64,000 nucleotides of DNA, from the sequence record MH494197.1; one strand, 5' to 3'. Made by a program: the position numbers and the translations under genes. Of the stretch, positions 10,439 through 23,028 are shown in pieces. Every line of letters starts with the position of its first letter. Position 1 is the stretch's first letter. The notes under the pieces are model-generated. The model ran no database searches, was not told the DNA's origin, and worked only from the letters and a program-made list of their open reading frames with translations.

Positions 10439-10634
10439 AGATATATAGGAGTGCCATTATGTTGGAGTATAGTTTATTGTTGTCATTTTCTTGCAGTGCT
10501 TGTATAGTACTACGTATACAGTTATTATAGCATATTTTTGTGAAATTATTTTGTAATTTCATTTTCATTGGTTTTGCTTTATAGAATGATTGTTTTGTGG
10601 GACTAAGATGATTTATGTAGAACTCTTTATACAT
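10431..10634 (-). CDS. KEFY-family protein
   Basis: MYKEFYINHL...YNNCIR...YSNIMALLYIYE. Confidence 0.85.
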   Translation of the reverse strand: MYKEFYINHLSPTKQSFYKAKPMKMKLQNNFTKICYNNCIRSTIQALQENDNNKLYSNIMALLYIYE

Positions 10635-10651
10635 GTTAGTACCTTAGTGCT

Positions 10652-10837
10652 TTAGTGTCTGTATATAAGTAATAGTAAGAATACGTACTGCACCTGTTCA
10701 TCTTTAGTATTGAGTACTGTACGTATTGCGTCATTAAACAAAAATATAGTACTTGGGTCATTAGAATTTAAGGGGTTTACGGGGACGGCGTGTTTGTAGT
10801 TCCCTTTAACAAATTGTATATAGTATTCTCTATGCAT
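10652..10837 (-). CDS. KEFY-family protein
   Basis: MHREYYIQF...FNDAIR...YVFLLLLIYRH. Confidence 0.8.
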   Translation of the reverse strand: MHREYYIQFVKGNYKHAVPVNPLNSNDPSTIFLFNDAIRTVLNTKDEQVQYVFLLLLIYRH

Positions 10838-10838
10838 A

Positions 10839-11027
10839 TCAGTACCTATATATTAGGGCGAGAATGTAGTACAGTTCATATGGAATGTAATTTGGGGTGA
10901 TAGCACACTGTGTATGGTAAATGAATTGTTGGGTATTTTTCTTATCCTTGATATCTATTGGGTTTAGTGGTATAAGCATTTGGGAGTTTAGTTCCAGATG
11001 GTTTAAGTAGAATTCTTTGTTATTCAT
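10839..11027 (-). CDS. KEFY-family protein
   Basis: MNNKEFYLNHL...YYILALIYRY. Confidence 0.8.
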   Translation of the reverse strand: MNNKEFYLNHLELNSQMLIPLNPIDIKDKKNTQQFIYHTQCAITPNYIPYELYYILALIYRY

Positions 11028-11226
11028 AGAAGAATATTAGTCCCATTACGCCTGAGTACTGAATATTTTTGTTATTGTTTTCTAAAGCTTCTAGAGTAAT
11101 ACGTATACAATTATTAAAGCAATCTCTGGCGTGTGGTGTATCTAAACGTAAAGGTGATACACTCCTTAGAAACATTTGTTCTGATGCACTGAGGTGTTTG
11201 GTGTAGAATTCTTTCTGTTCGTTCAT
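11020..11226 (-). CDS. KEFY-family protein (close paralog of 10229-10438)
   Basis: MNEQKEFYTKHLSASEQMFLR...FNNCIR...YSGVMGLIFFYE. Confidence 0.85.
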   Translation of the reverse strand: MNEQKEFYTKHLSASEQMFLRSVSPLRLDTPHARDCFNNCIRITLEALENNNKNIQYSGVMGLIFFYE

Positions 11227-11236
11227 ATTGGCCTCT

Positions 11237-11425
11237 TTAGTACACGAAAGCTAGGTACAGTGTATGATACAGTACTCGATGATAGCTATCAAAATCTAGT
11301 ATACATGCTTTAGTGCACATAGTAAAGTACACTTTATCGTTTTGAGCATTGATACCGCGAGGTTTATCTAATAGATTAGTACTGAGGTACATTGGGAAAT
11401 ATTTTGTGTAGTATTCTTTATGCAT
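11237..11425 (-). CDS. KEFY-family protein
   Basis: The family start MHKEYYTKYF lies at 11425, inside ORF 11237-11470. Confidence 0.75.
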   Translation of the reverse strand: MHKEYYTKYFPMYLSTNLLDKPRGINAQNDKVYFTMCTKACILDFDSYHRVLYHTLYLAFVY

Positions 11426-11807
11426 ATTAGTACCTGAATATAAGTAGGATAGTGTTATATAATTGGTCATAGCTACTACTATTTTCTATACTGCGTTCTA
11501 TGCAATTATTGAATCCCAGTACTGCCAAATCGTTATCCGGGGGACTTTATATCTGGCGTAGTGTTCAAATATACTGGGAGAAATTGTGTGTAGTATTCTT
11601 TGTGCATATTAGTACCTATATATTAGTAAAAGGATGTGATACAGTACTCGATTATAGTCTTCAATATATATCGAGGATTTAGTGCACTGAATGAAGTAGT
11701 CTTTTTCGTAGTTTTTTCTATACCCAATGGTTCTGTTGGTAGAAGGTGTTGGAGATACATTGGGAGTTTCTCTATGTAGTATTCTTTGTGGTTATTCATA
11801 TTATGTG

Positions 11808-11981
11808 TTATTTCGTGAAAACAAGGGTTAGTACTGCATAGTACAAGTCATACGTATCTTTAGGGTTAATAGCACCTTTAATACATTCTTTCATTACTTC
11901 ATTATAGATAATTTTAGTACTGAATGTATTGGATGTTACTATATCGGAATTAAGGTACGAGAGGTAGAATTCTTTATACAT
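11808..11981 (-). CDS. KEFY-family protein
   Basis: The family start MYKEFYLSYL lies at 11981, inside ORF 11808-12044. Confidence 0.75.
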   Translation of the reverse strand: MYKEFYLSYLNSDIVTSNTFSTKIIYNEVMKECIKGAINPKDTYDLYYAVLTLVFTK

Positions 11982-12080
11982 AGTTTGAAATATACGTAAT
12001 GAGGTGATGAAATTTCTTATCAGTACTGATAAGTTCCTGTACATGTTTTGTTAGTTTGTACGCGTTTTATAGAGTCCGGA

Positions 12081-12458
12081 TTATCGATTACAGTACTGTA
12101 CATGAATAGATCTTCTTCTGATAATTCTTTGCCGGTAATTCTTTGAGGAATTGCAGTACTGTATCAGTTTCGTTAGTACGTTGCTTTTGGAAGAAGTGCA
12201 TGTTATCGTGTATTTTTCTGAACCCATGCAGTACATATCTCCGATTTGGAATTGTGCAGTACTGATATCATGGGTGCTATTACAATTCCCGAAGAAGTAT
12301 ACATTCCCGAAAGATAGAATTATAGTGCACGGGATATTATCCATGTGTATATAGATAGATGCATTCTTTAGTGCTTTTGTGCTGGTATTAGTACTCAATA
12401 CTTTTAAATCAGTATTATAGATATTAATAAAAGCAAGAGCTATATTATTTTTCTTCAA
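12081..12458 (-). CDS. Hypothetical protein (125 aa) interrupting the KEFY array
   Basis: Long ORF on the operon strand with no family motif. Confidence 0.6.
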   Translation of the reverse strand: MKKNNIALAFINIYNTDLKVLSTNTSTKALKNASIYIHMDNIPCTIILSFGNVYFFGNCNSTHDISTAQFQIGDMYCMGSEKYTITCTSSKSNVLTKLIQYCNSSKNYRQRIIRRRSIHVQYCNR

Positions 12459-13207
12459 GTACGATTTGAGGTTCTTAGATACGAGAACATTTCTGGATTT
12501 TTCTTTTTATTTCGTTTCTTTAGTATATTCGGGTGATACGTATAAGATGATGTAACTGATTCTGCTTGAATACTGTTGAGGTATTTAAAGTGCTTAAGGT
12601 ATTGTTTGCTGTGTGCATTAAGTTTCATTTGGTTTCCTTTATACAGATGCGAGTGCGAGGATTTCCCTGAAGGGATTATCTTTTGTTAGTGCGTGATGAA
12701 TGCAGCTATTGAGATTAATATTTTTAGTACTGTTAGTTGCCGTTGTAGTACTTCACGAAGGTGTCGTACATGAAACGGTCTTTAATGCTTATGTGTTCTA
12801 TATAGTATTCTTGCATATTATTCCTTACATAGAGATGAGTTTCAGTACATCAATATACATATAACGTTCAGATGACTGTACACGGGTAGTGATAATCTCA
12901 ATCGATATATTTTAATTCCATGTGCAGATGATTGATGGTGCTGAATAAATGAGTTGTGCATACTTTGTTCTATGTGGTTTAGTTTATTGAAGTAGTACTC
13001 AAAAGTGTTCATGTCTACCTTAGATTGAGATTAGTTTAAGTACTTCTCTGTATGTGTACTTTTCGTTTTGTGCTTCTACTGTACATGATAGTAGGTATCG
13101 TTTTTTATCTCTTTTGTTCCCGACTGTGTAGTACCTTTGGAATTTATTATAGTTGTATCTATCTTTGTGCTGGAGTTTATAGATATAGAATTCTTGCATA
13201 GAGTACC

Positions 13208-13393
13208 TTAGATTGCTATCAGTTTCAGTACTTCAATATATGTGCGGTACTCTGCTTTAATTAAATTTGTACACACTGTAAGGGAATTTCTTTGTATAAG
13301 TTTATTGCCGCTTTTATACGCATTTCTCCACACATAGAGATGAGATCTTTCAGGCATAGATAGTTTATTTGTATAGTACTCAAATGTATTCAT
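13208..13393 (-). CDS. KEFY-related protein (MNTFEYY subtype)
   Basis: Paralog of MNTFEYYFNKL at ~12825-13012; both end ...Y(I)(D/E)VLKLI. Confidence 0.75.
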   Translation of the reverse strand: MNTFEYYTNKLSMPERSHLYVWRNAYKSGNKLIQRNSLTVCTNLIKAEYRTYIEVLKLIAI

Positions 13394-13995
13394 ATATTAC
13401 CTCAAATAGAGATTAGTTTAAGTACTTCTCTGTATGTGTACTTTTCGTTTTGTGCATCTCTTGTGCTTGTATATAGGTATCCTCGACGATATTTGTTGCT
13501 CCCGTTCTTGTAGTTGAATTCGAACTTATTGTAGATGAATCTATCGCCGCTGTAATTTACTTAAGTACAATTCAATGCTCATAGTATTCTCTTTACATAT
13601 CAATAAGTTTCAGTACTGCTCTGTACGTGTACTTAGTTGTTAGTGCTTCTTTATAGCAATACAGAAGTAATGTTGTTTGTCTCTTATACTACCGCGTTTG
13701 TAGTACCATACATTGGAGTTGTGGGTGTACTTGTCCCTGTCGGATAGATTTTGGTAATAGTATAATATATGATTCATGGTAATGTAATTAGCCTTATTAT
13801 GTTAAAGTACTCGGTCCCCGTACACCTTGTAGAATATTATCAACTACATTTTCTTGGTGCAGGATTAATACATTCGGTGCGGTTCTTTTAAGGTTTTTAA
13901 AGTACTGTATTCTTGTTTAAGGATGAACTGTACATCTTTAGGGAGAATATCTAAGTAGTACTGGTGTATGTTCATAGTTTTCATATAGTACTCTT

Positions 13996-14181
13996 TTAGA
14001 ACTTAAAGATGAGGTTCATGATAGATAAGTACTTAGTTTCAGGAAATTGATGTTCTATTGCATAACGTGTCTCCAGTCTGAAGTCAAATTTATAAAAGGG
14101 ACTATTCATATCCATAGGTTCATTGGGAAATGAATCTCTGTATTGTTTGTGCAGCTTACTACAGTAGAATTCTTTATACAT
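13996..14181 (-). CDS. KEFY-family protein
   Basis: MYKEFYCSKL...YLSIMNLIFKF. Confidence 0.8.
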   Translation of the reverse strand: MYKEFYCSKLHKQYRDSFPNEPMDMNSPFYKFDFRLETRYAIEHQFPETKYLSIMNLIFKF

Positions 14182-14182
14182 A

Positions 14183-14395
14183 TTAGTGCTCGATTAAAAG
14201 GGTTAGGATGTAATAGTATTGCATACTTTCTACCCCTTGTACAGCATTTCTTATTTTATTATTCCTGTACGAGTTCAAGAGTTTAGGACAATGTTTGAAG
14301 TTTATATAATTATTTTGTGTATACAGTAGGCTTTCTCGTAGACCTTTTGTTGGTAGTGCATCGATGTAGTACTGTTCAATGTTCATAGTGTTCAT
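14183..14395 (-). CDS. KEFY-related protein
   Basis: MNIEQYYIDAL...YYYILTLLIEH. Confidence 0.75.
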   Translation of the reverse strand: MNTMNIEQYYIDALPTKGLRESLLYTQNNYINFKHCPKLLNSYRNNKIRNAVQGVESMQYYYILTLLIEH

Positions 14396-14719
14396 AGAGC
14401 TACCAGTACTAAGATTTTTGATAATTGTTTGTTTCTATCCCGCAGATGTTGTTGTGTAAAATGCTCACTACAAGGGTATCAAGTGCATTGTTCAGCATAA
14501 GGTTACATCCAGTACTGTTATATTTTTTAGCTCAATTAGCCACGAACAATCCGCGAGAAATTTCCCGTACTCTAGTTCATTTAGCGTATTAATGTAGTAC
14601 TTAAGTGCATTTGTCATGTACAGTTCTCCTTATATTCCTTCTATAGTACATCAGTACTGAAAGGTTGTCAAGGGTTTTCTTTTTGGGGTAAATATGATAT
14701 AATGAATAAAGGAGGAAAT

Positions 14720-15866
14720 ATGTTACCTTTTGTAAGAATGGTTAAGTACGGGAATATTGCACCAGTACCGAAAAAATAAAGAAAGTTATAGCAGGATATG
14801 ATAATTTATATGTACTATATGGTGATGGTTCGCTATATGGTTGTGGAATCAATAACTATCAACAGTTAAATATTGATGGAACTGCTACACAAAATAATTG
14901 GGTACTAATTACCAATGGTGTTAGTAATGCATGGGCTGGTGGATACAATATTTTATATTTGAAAGAAGATAAATTTATAATGCACGGAACTAATGTCTCA
15001 TTAGGTTTAGGAAATACTACAATTCCATTAGGTGGAGTAGATGTAACTTCTTCATTCCCAGATATCTCTAATATTAAAATGATATCCATTGGTTTTGATT
15101 CAATGCACTATGTTAGTGCTGATGGTACAACTGTATATGGAAGAGGTATGAACACAAATGGTTCTGTTGGTTCAGGTAGTACTTACTCACAGAGTACTTT
15201 CACTTCAGTACTGAATAATGGAACTAATCAGGTTATTGATATATTTGGTAACGTTAATAATACAGTGCTTCTAACATCGAATGGTGAGCTTCGAGCATGT
15301 GGGACAAGTGCTTATGGTTCTATAGGAAATGAAACTGGTAAGTGGACATCGTTTGGTTTAAAATTATCTGGCACTAAAATAATGGGTGGTAATGGGTATA
15401 GTACGCTTGCATATACAAATTCGGGAATGTACCACTCAGGGTGGCAGTTAAATGGGGAACTAGGAAATGGTTTAGATACTAACGTACAGGTATATCCATT
15501 TCAATTTAACTCTAAAACGATAGATAGCAAGATAGATAAAATTGCCAAATCATCATCTGGGTCATATGTTAACATGTACTCAACAACAGAAGGAAAGATA
15601 TATACGACAGGTTCGTTTGGTAAAACGGGTCAACTACTGCATTGAATTTGTTCACCAATACATTAACACTTATAAATTACAATCCAGATACCGCCTCGTT
15701 GTATACGTGCACAAACTTCAGTGTTGTGTATGATGGTAATGAAACTATTGCTGTAAGTGGTAGTCCTACATATGTACCGAGGGCGTTGCCGCTAATAGAT
15801 GGACTACAATTCCATTACCCAAGTAATACTATGCCAGTACTTGATGCTGGCTTTTCTTTTGATTAA
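14720..15866 (+). CDS. Leader-tagged RCC1/BLIP-II-like beta-propeller protein #1 (frameshifted)
   Basis: Hybrid leader MLPFVRMVKYGN; the body is closely similar to #13; LYGCGxN..QL and GWQLNGELGNG repeats. Confidence 0.8.
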
Positions 15867-15893
15867 ATATAGTATAATGAATAAGGAGGAATT

Positions 15894-17017
15894 ATGTTAC
15901 CTTTTGTTAGAATGTTTGATTATGGGAATATAATCGAAGTTAATAATATAAAGAAAAGTGTTGTTAGTTACACTCTTGAAATGTTTCTAATGCAAGATGG
16001 CACTGTATATGCACACGGTGAAGATTCAAACTATAATGCGGGTTTAAGTACACAGTTTGTATCGTTAGGAGCAGTTCAACAAATCACAACTGAAGTTGAT
16101 GACTTATGGTTAGGATCGTTTTCCGTTGTTATTAAAGGTGATAAAATATATGGTTCAGGTTCAACATATGCATTCACGAATTCTAATACTTTCCAACAAG
16201 GATATACTGACTGGGCTGTGTATTTCACTGGTATAGATGTTACCCAAATTAAAAAATGTTATGTGGTTATACAGCATTTATATTAATGAAAGACGGAACA
16301 CTTTATGGAAGAGGATGGAATCGAAGTGGTACATTAGGTTTAGGACATAAAAATTATGTTTCAGCGTGGACTGTACTTGACACTAATGTGGATAATATAT
16401 TTGGCGGTTACCTTGGCGATACATTGTTTAAGATTAAAAACGATGGAACTGTATATGGTTCAGGTTCAAATAACAGCTTTCAAGTTAAAGCAACATCGGG
16501 TGATGCAACCACATTTGTTCCGTTGTTTGATGATATATCTTATGATATAAAATGCAGTTTTGTTTCTGGTGTTGGTTTTGTAATGATAACATCTGATAAT
16601 AAAATATATGCAACTGGAACTACTTTTGCTGGTAGTGGTGCACATAGTAAAGTTTTTGATGTTGGTTTTACTATAGGTGATATGAGTAATATATATCATC
16701 CTGATTCGTTGGACTATTCGACTAGTGTTGTATTTTTAATTAATGCAGATACAAACAAACTAATAGCAACTGGGCATACCCATTTACGGAAGTAGTTCAA
16801 GTTCCTTCCATATTTTACAGCATTTCAAGAATTCAATTTTACATCGTTCAATTCGAATACACGATATAGTGGGTCTTTATACTGGAATACATTTTACGAA
16901 GGTAATAATGTATGGATGAATGGATATAATCCTGAAAATACGGGTGGAAAGAATTTCTCATTGTGTTCAATACCGTTAGATACTATTATTACTAAGCAAA
17001 TTGATTTACCTTTTTGA
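15894..17017 (+). CDS. Leader-tagged RCC1-like protein #2 (frameshifted)
   Basis: MLPFVRMFDYGN; LYGRGWNRSGTLGLG repeat. Confidence 0.8.
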
Positions 17018-17087
17018 ATACTATGCCAGTACTCAAGTACTGGCTTTTATTTTATTAAATATAGTATAATGAATAAAGGAGGGAAAT

Positions 17088-18273
17088 ATGTTACCTTTTG
17101 CAAGAATGGTTAAGTACGGGAATAAACAGCCTATTCCTGAACCAGTTGAGTTCACTGATGTTTTACAGCAACATTATACTAATGCTATGTATCTACATAA
17201 GCCCACGAATACACTATACGGTTATGGTGGTAATAACTTGAGCCAATTAGGTCTAGGGAATCAATCGACAGTTTCTACTTTTACAGTACTGGCAACGCAC
17301 TGTGCAGCCTTTTGGTTAGGCGTTCATGGCTCATTGATGATTGACTTGGATAATAGAATATATTTCACAGGGAATACAGTAGCATTCCCCGATTATGGAG
17401 ATGCAACTCCAGTTAATGGTTATTTTAGAACATGGACTGATGTTACTGCCGCATTTGACAAAATAAATGTACACGCTAATTTAATCAAGAGTGTACATAT
17501 AGGTGAAAGTACTAGAATATTACTACACGATGGAAGAGTAGTTGTTTGTGGTAAAATGCAAATGCCGAATGTGGAACAGGTAACCAAAATCCCATACCAG
17601 TACTAACAGTTGTTACTGGTATGGGTGAAGTTCTCAATTGGCGTGTTCATTACAGGGTACGCACTATCTCAAAACAAATAAAGAAGCATGGTTTTGTGGT
17701 AAGGATAACTTTGGTGAAAGTGGTGCTGGGACTAGCTCATACGTTTTACTAATAAGTTAATACGATCCAACGTCGATTATATAAGTGCTACTTATGATGT
17801 TACGGTGGTTCACTGCCGGTAGGGTGTACTGGAGTGGTAGAAACAATTCTGGACAAGCTGGGAATGGTACTACTTCAACCACAAACCAATTAACTACAGT
17901 TCAGAATTCACAGGTTATAGTGAATATTAGTGATGGTTTCCTGTGTCCTAGTAATATGGGTAACTCAACAATTGGTGCACCTATGGCTCAATACCCATCA
18001 TATGTCAGAGTGCAGGCATCAATACATATGGTCAAGAAGGGACGGAAATACAACAGTAATTACTTCGTGGGGGCGTTTTCTTTAAGTGCGATACAGGGTG
18101 GATATGACAATGTTCTTATGGCATCCAAAGACTGGTCCAGAACAATAATTATAACTAAAGATTATAAATTATATGCATGTGGGGGCTTTAACGGTTCAGG
18201 TGGTAACTTACCGGATGGTACTTCCGTAATTAAAACATTAACATTAATGCCAACGCAGTTATGGCAATCATAG
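17088..18273 (+). CDS. Leader-tagged RCC1-like protein #3 (frameshifted)
   Basis: MLPFARMVKYGN; LYGYGGNNLSQLGLG and YWSGRNNSGQAGNG repeats. Confidence 0.8.
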
Positions 18274-18282
18274 GAGAAAATC

Positions 18283-19404
18283 ATGTTACCTTTTGTTAGA
18301 ATGTTTGATTATGGAAATGAAGCACCTGATCCTAGTTCGGGATTTCGAATAATAAGTACAGGAGACGCATTACTATTAATTACTAAGAGTGGTGATTTGT
18401 GGGTGCGTGGTTATAACCGTTATGGCAAGTTAGGTATAGGTAATAACACCACTACCTATGTACTTGATTGGACGAAGGTTAGAAGTGATGTAAAGTTTGC
18501 GTGTGGTAGTGGATTGGTAACAGTTATCTTTACTAAGGGTAATCGCATATTGTACTGTGGTGACAAATGGTTTGAAACGGGTGGTGTTGGTAGTGCACAG
18601 ATTTTCACATGGACAGATGTTACGCACCAATTTGGGGCAGTAGATTTGAGTACAGTAAGGGATATGAAAATGTCTTATTACACGATTGGATTATTGACTA
18701 CTAATAATCAATTATACGCTAAGGGATATGATAATAACCTATCATTTGGTGGGGTTAGTAATAAGGCGACTGCTGTGTTTATTGCGAATAATGTACAAGA
18801 GTTGTATACGAGTTTAGTTAGTACAATCTACGTTGATACAAGTGGTATATTACATCGTTGTGGCATGAGTGATAACGGTTCGTTGGGTAATAATGTTAAT
18901 TTAACTTCGTATCTAAGTTATTCACAGACTGGTATGACGATTAAGGACATTGGAATGATGACTACGAACACTGGGTTATTATATACTGATTCTAGTGCAC
19001 GCACGAGATATTTTATTGCTGGACAGAACTTGAATAAACAGATGGGTAATGCGGCGGCTGCGAGTGCCATTACGAGTACTTACACAGAGCTTTCTGGTAG
19101 TGTTGATAAGTTTTCTTCTTTATGGGCGAATGATGGGATATTGATGACATTTGCTGTGGGTAAGAACACTAATCAGTTATTTTATGCTGGGATGAATACT
19201 TTTCATGCGAGTGGTGGTGTATCTTCATATGCGGATACATATGAGTTAGTCCCGATGGTGTTTAATGACATACAGGAAGTGTTATGTGCACAGCGTTTAT
19301 CGGTGGTACATGATTCTACGAAGTGGTATTACTGTGGTGATGCTAATTCAATGTATGGTTTACCGGACGTAAGTACTTTTACTGAGTTACCGTTGCCCTT
19401 TTAA
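18283..19404 (+). CDS. Leader-tagged RCC1-like protein #4 (intact, 373 aa)
   Basis: MLPFVRMFDYGN; LWVRGYNRYGKLGIG and LHRCGMSDNGSLG repeats. Confidence 0.9.
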   Translation: MLPFVRMFDYGNEAPDPSSGFRIISTGDALLLITKSGDLWVRGYNRYGKLGIGNNTTTYVLDWTKVRSDVKFACGSGLVTVIFTKGNRILYCGDKWFETGGVGSAQIFTWTDVTHQFGAVDLSTVRDMKMSYYTIGLLTTNNQLYAKGYDNNLSFGGVSNKATAVFIANNVQELYTSLVSTIYVDTSGILHRCGMSDNGSLGNNVNLTSYLSYSQTGMTIKDIGMMTTNTGLLYTDSSARTRYFIAGQNLNKQMGNAAAASAITSTYTELSGSVDKFSSLWANDGILMTFAVGKNTNQLFYAGMNTFHASGGVSSYADTYELVPMVFNDIQEVLCAQRLSVVHDSTKWYYCGDANSMYGLPDVSTFTELPLPF

Positions 19405-19476
19405 TAATAGGTCAGTACTGAAATATGTACTGGTATTTTTGTAAATACTATATAATTTAATTACGGAGATTTTATT

Positions 19477-20653
19477 ATGTTACCTTTTGTTAGAATGTTT
19501 GATTATGGGAACGTCGTTGAGCGACCTGTGGGTACACGTTATACCTGTAGTGACTATAGTGCGACTTATAGTTTAATAAAGGATGGTGTGTTATATGTAT
19601 CTGGGATGAATAACTATTATCAGTTAGGTAATAACACTAACGTAACACGTTACAACGAGTGGTTAAAAGTTCCAGAGACTGATAGTGTTAAGTTTTGTAG
19701 TACTGGTTATAGTCAGACAATGTATATTACTAACAATGGGAGGATAATGATAGCTGGTGAAGATCCTACTTCCAGTGCGACGGCGGTAAGTGTTAAGGTA
19801 TGGACTGATATAACTTCTAGATTTAGTGCAGTTGATACAAAGAAGATTGTTTATATTTCAATAGAACGCTTTGGTGTAATGATGATCATGCAAGATGGTT
19901 CAGTATGGGCGTGTGGAGTTGATAATACTGGTTGGAGTGGGCAGGAAGTAAAACTGTTGGTTTCTTTACTTTCAGACAAATATACACCGGAAGTGCAGGA
20001 AGTGCAGTTGCTGGTACTGCTGGTACTGGTACTGCGAGAATTCTGTTAGCTAATGGAACAATCTTGTCCGCTGGTACTAATACATATCATCAATGTAATG
20101 CTAGTACTGATCCGGCTGTTCTAACATTCACTGAATCATTCCACGGGTTGATCCTTCATTGATATATCAAATCAAGATGTGTAATAACAACTGTATTATA
20201 TTTTGAGTGATAAGAGATATTACGGTACTGGCTGGGAAGTTTTGGTGCATTGGGTGATGGTGATATTACGGGTTCGAATAATAAATTCTATGCAGGTACA
20301 TTGTCAGTTGCTCCTAAAACATGCGTGCTTATATGTCGTATCTATGTAGTTCTTCTGGGGATTCTAGTATGTACATAGGCGATGATAATTTCATATACAC
20401 CTGCGGTTATCGTGGGAGGAACTTAATAAATGCCACTACAGATATTGGTACGTTCACGAAATGCATTCAAAGTGCACAAGGATACAAGAATGGACTTATA
20501 TATAGTGGGAATTATTGTGCTGTAGTTTTTGATCCAGATTTGGGTTCAGGAATGTCATATGCGGTTTCATCACCAAAATTGAATGCACCAGCACCACAGG
20601 CGAGTGTTCCAACATTGGGTATGAGTTCGTTACAAGCTATTATTTTACCATAA
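19477..20653 (+). CDS. Leader-tagged RCC1-like protein #5 (frameshifted)
   Basis: MLPFVRMFDYGN; LYVSGMNNYYQLG repeat. Confidence 0.8.
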
Positions 20654-20726
20654 CATTATACCAGTACTGAAATATGTGCTGGTATTTTTTTAAATACATT
20701 ATAATTATTATATGGAGATTTTAGTT

Positions 20727-21851
20727 ATGTTACCTTTTGTAAGAATGTTTGATTATGGGAATACAGTGGCTGCTCCCACTGGTATAAAGGATTTCAAGCA
20801 AATGGAAGCCACTGTATGGCACTAACATATAGTGGTGAGATGTGGGCTTATGGTACAAGTACAAGTGGATCAATGGGAACCGGATTCACGGTGGGTGCTG
20901 CTGATAAGGGTTGGTACAAGTCTAACATTAGTAATGTTAAATCATTCAGTTCTAATATGCAGACTAGCACAGTGGCTTTGACAAATGATGATAGAGTGCT
21001 AGTTTGTGGCTCAACTAGATTTGACAAATTCAGTACTCCAGATATTGCATCATCTAACCTTGATTGGTTGGATGTTACTGATCATATTCCACAGGAAGTT
21101 ATTGATGCTGGGATGAAGCAAGTTATTAACCACGTATATTATGTTGCCATTTTACTGAAAACAATCTATTATATAGTGTGGCATTATCTTTGGGTAATAC
21201 TAGTACTATAATAGATAGAACATGGAGAAGAAATACATTTGGTGATATACAAGTTGAACGTGTTGTTTCGTTGACACAAACCCCAAGTGGTCCTTTGTGT
21301 ATAGTTCAAGATGCAGACGGATACCAGTATGGTATTGGATATAATGGTAATAAGATTATTGATAATACTTCCACTAATTCATATTCTGTATATACCAAAA
21401 TGGGTACACTTCCTTACAATGAATTTGCCATATCGAATAGCGGGAAATTCAGTTCAGCGGTATTATCAGATGGGAGAAGTGTTTATAGTGGTACATTTCC
21501 AAAGTCATTCAATAATAGTTTTGGTTCATTTTGAAAGTTGGTGCGGTATCAGATACTGTGTTTGGTTTAGATGCAAAAATATGCGTGGTCAATATGGTCA
21601 AAATCAATTACCAATTGCGTCGGCTGATAACAATGCAAGTAATGGCGTTGTGAACCTTCGTAATGTTCCAGCGGGAACACAAACGAAAGACATTCGATTT
21701 ATATGCGGAAATGATGTAAAGAACGTTTATATCATATACACAAATGAAGACGGCATTAGCTCATTTTATGGATTGGGACCAAACTTTGATCAAAATTCCT
21801 CAACATATGCACAATTCGTCAAAGTGGATTTGCGGGGCATTATCAAATTAA
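20727..21851 (+). CDS. Leader-tagged RCC1-like protein #6 (frameshifted)
   Basis: atgttaccttttgtaagaatgtttgattatgggaat at 20727; MWAYGTSTSGSMGTG repeat. Confidence 0.75.
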
Positions 21852-21861
21852 GGAGAGAAAT

Positions 21862-22960
21862 ATGTTACCTTTTGTTAGATTGTTTGATTATGGGAATATC
21901 ACACGGTCCTAAAAATATAATTAAAGTTGGTGCTTCTACACAGGGTCAATTCTTATTGACAGATTCACATGATTTATATTACATAGGTAGAAATCAAGGT
22001 GGTGAATCTGGAAATGGAAATACCAACACAGTATCCTCATGGATATTAGTAAGTACAGATGTTTCTAATTTTTTCGTGGGTGATCGTACACTTGTTATTA
22101 TTAAAAATGATAATACGATATGGTCATCAGGTCAAACGTACTGGTTCACATCTTCCACAACTACTTCTTACAGTACTGTATTAGTTGATAGAACCAGTTG
22201 GTTTACCAATGCCATACCAGTAAGTGAAATTGCTGATATAGTATGTTCGTATGGTTTAATATTTGTACTTAGCACTAGTTCAGTACTCTATGGTGCAGGG
22301 CTAATGGATATCGTGGTGCTTTAGGTATTGGTTCATCATCAATTTACACATTAACTCAATGTGCTACTAATGTGCGTAAAGTAATGACGAATGCAAATGA
22401 CAGTATGTATATTACATTAGATAATAAGTTATATAGTTCTGGGTGGAATGACCGTGGATTACATGGCACAGGAACAGAACACAAGTTAACATTTGGGGAC
22501 TGCGTAGTTCTGGTGTAATAGATGCAGCTATTGGTGGACATACACTCAATTACTATAATGGTACATCATATTTCACATGTGGTACAACTCCAAACTTTCT
22601 TAGTTCAGATTCAACTACATTCAAAGCAGTTCCTGTAAGTACTTTACCTAATAATTCACCTTTGTTTATGACAAATTCAGAGGCAACAAGCACGGCTACG
22701 CAAATTATATTAACTAGTGCATATCAGAAAGGTATTGGAAACCGTGGTTTGGGATTAAACAATTCTCAAACGGTGCTATCTATAGTGCTGCTAATTTACA
22801 ATTACCTGTAGAAGTTAGTGAGATTAGTGATGTTGCTTTTAGTGACGGATTAACATCATTATTAACCAAAGACGGAATGTATATAGTACTGGATCGTATT
22901 ACGCCATTCCGTGCAAGTGCAGATGTTGCAGTCTTTACTAAAATTGATTTACCAAAATAA
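21862..22960 (+). CDS. Leader-tagged RCC1-like protein #7 (frameshifted)
   Basis: Leader MLPFVRLFDYGN at 21862; LYYIGRNQGGESGNG repeat. Confidence 0.75.
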
Positions 22961-23028
22961 CATAATGCCAGTACTTGATACTGGCTTTTCTTTGGTTAAA
23001 TATAGTATAATGAATAAAGGAGGGAATT

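Larger units (their letters stand above)
9600..14617 (-). repeat. Tandem array of ~20 paralogous 60-75 aa genes (KE(F/Y)Y family)
   Basis: Shared N-terminal M-x0-3-(K/Q)E(F/Y)Y-h-x-(K/H)L, central (F/Y)NxCI and C-terminal YxxhLxLhYxY; stop/start codons overlap. Upstream promoter TTGACA-17-TACTAT at ~14643-14671. Confidence 0.85.
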
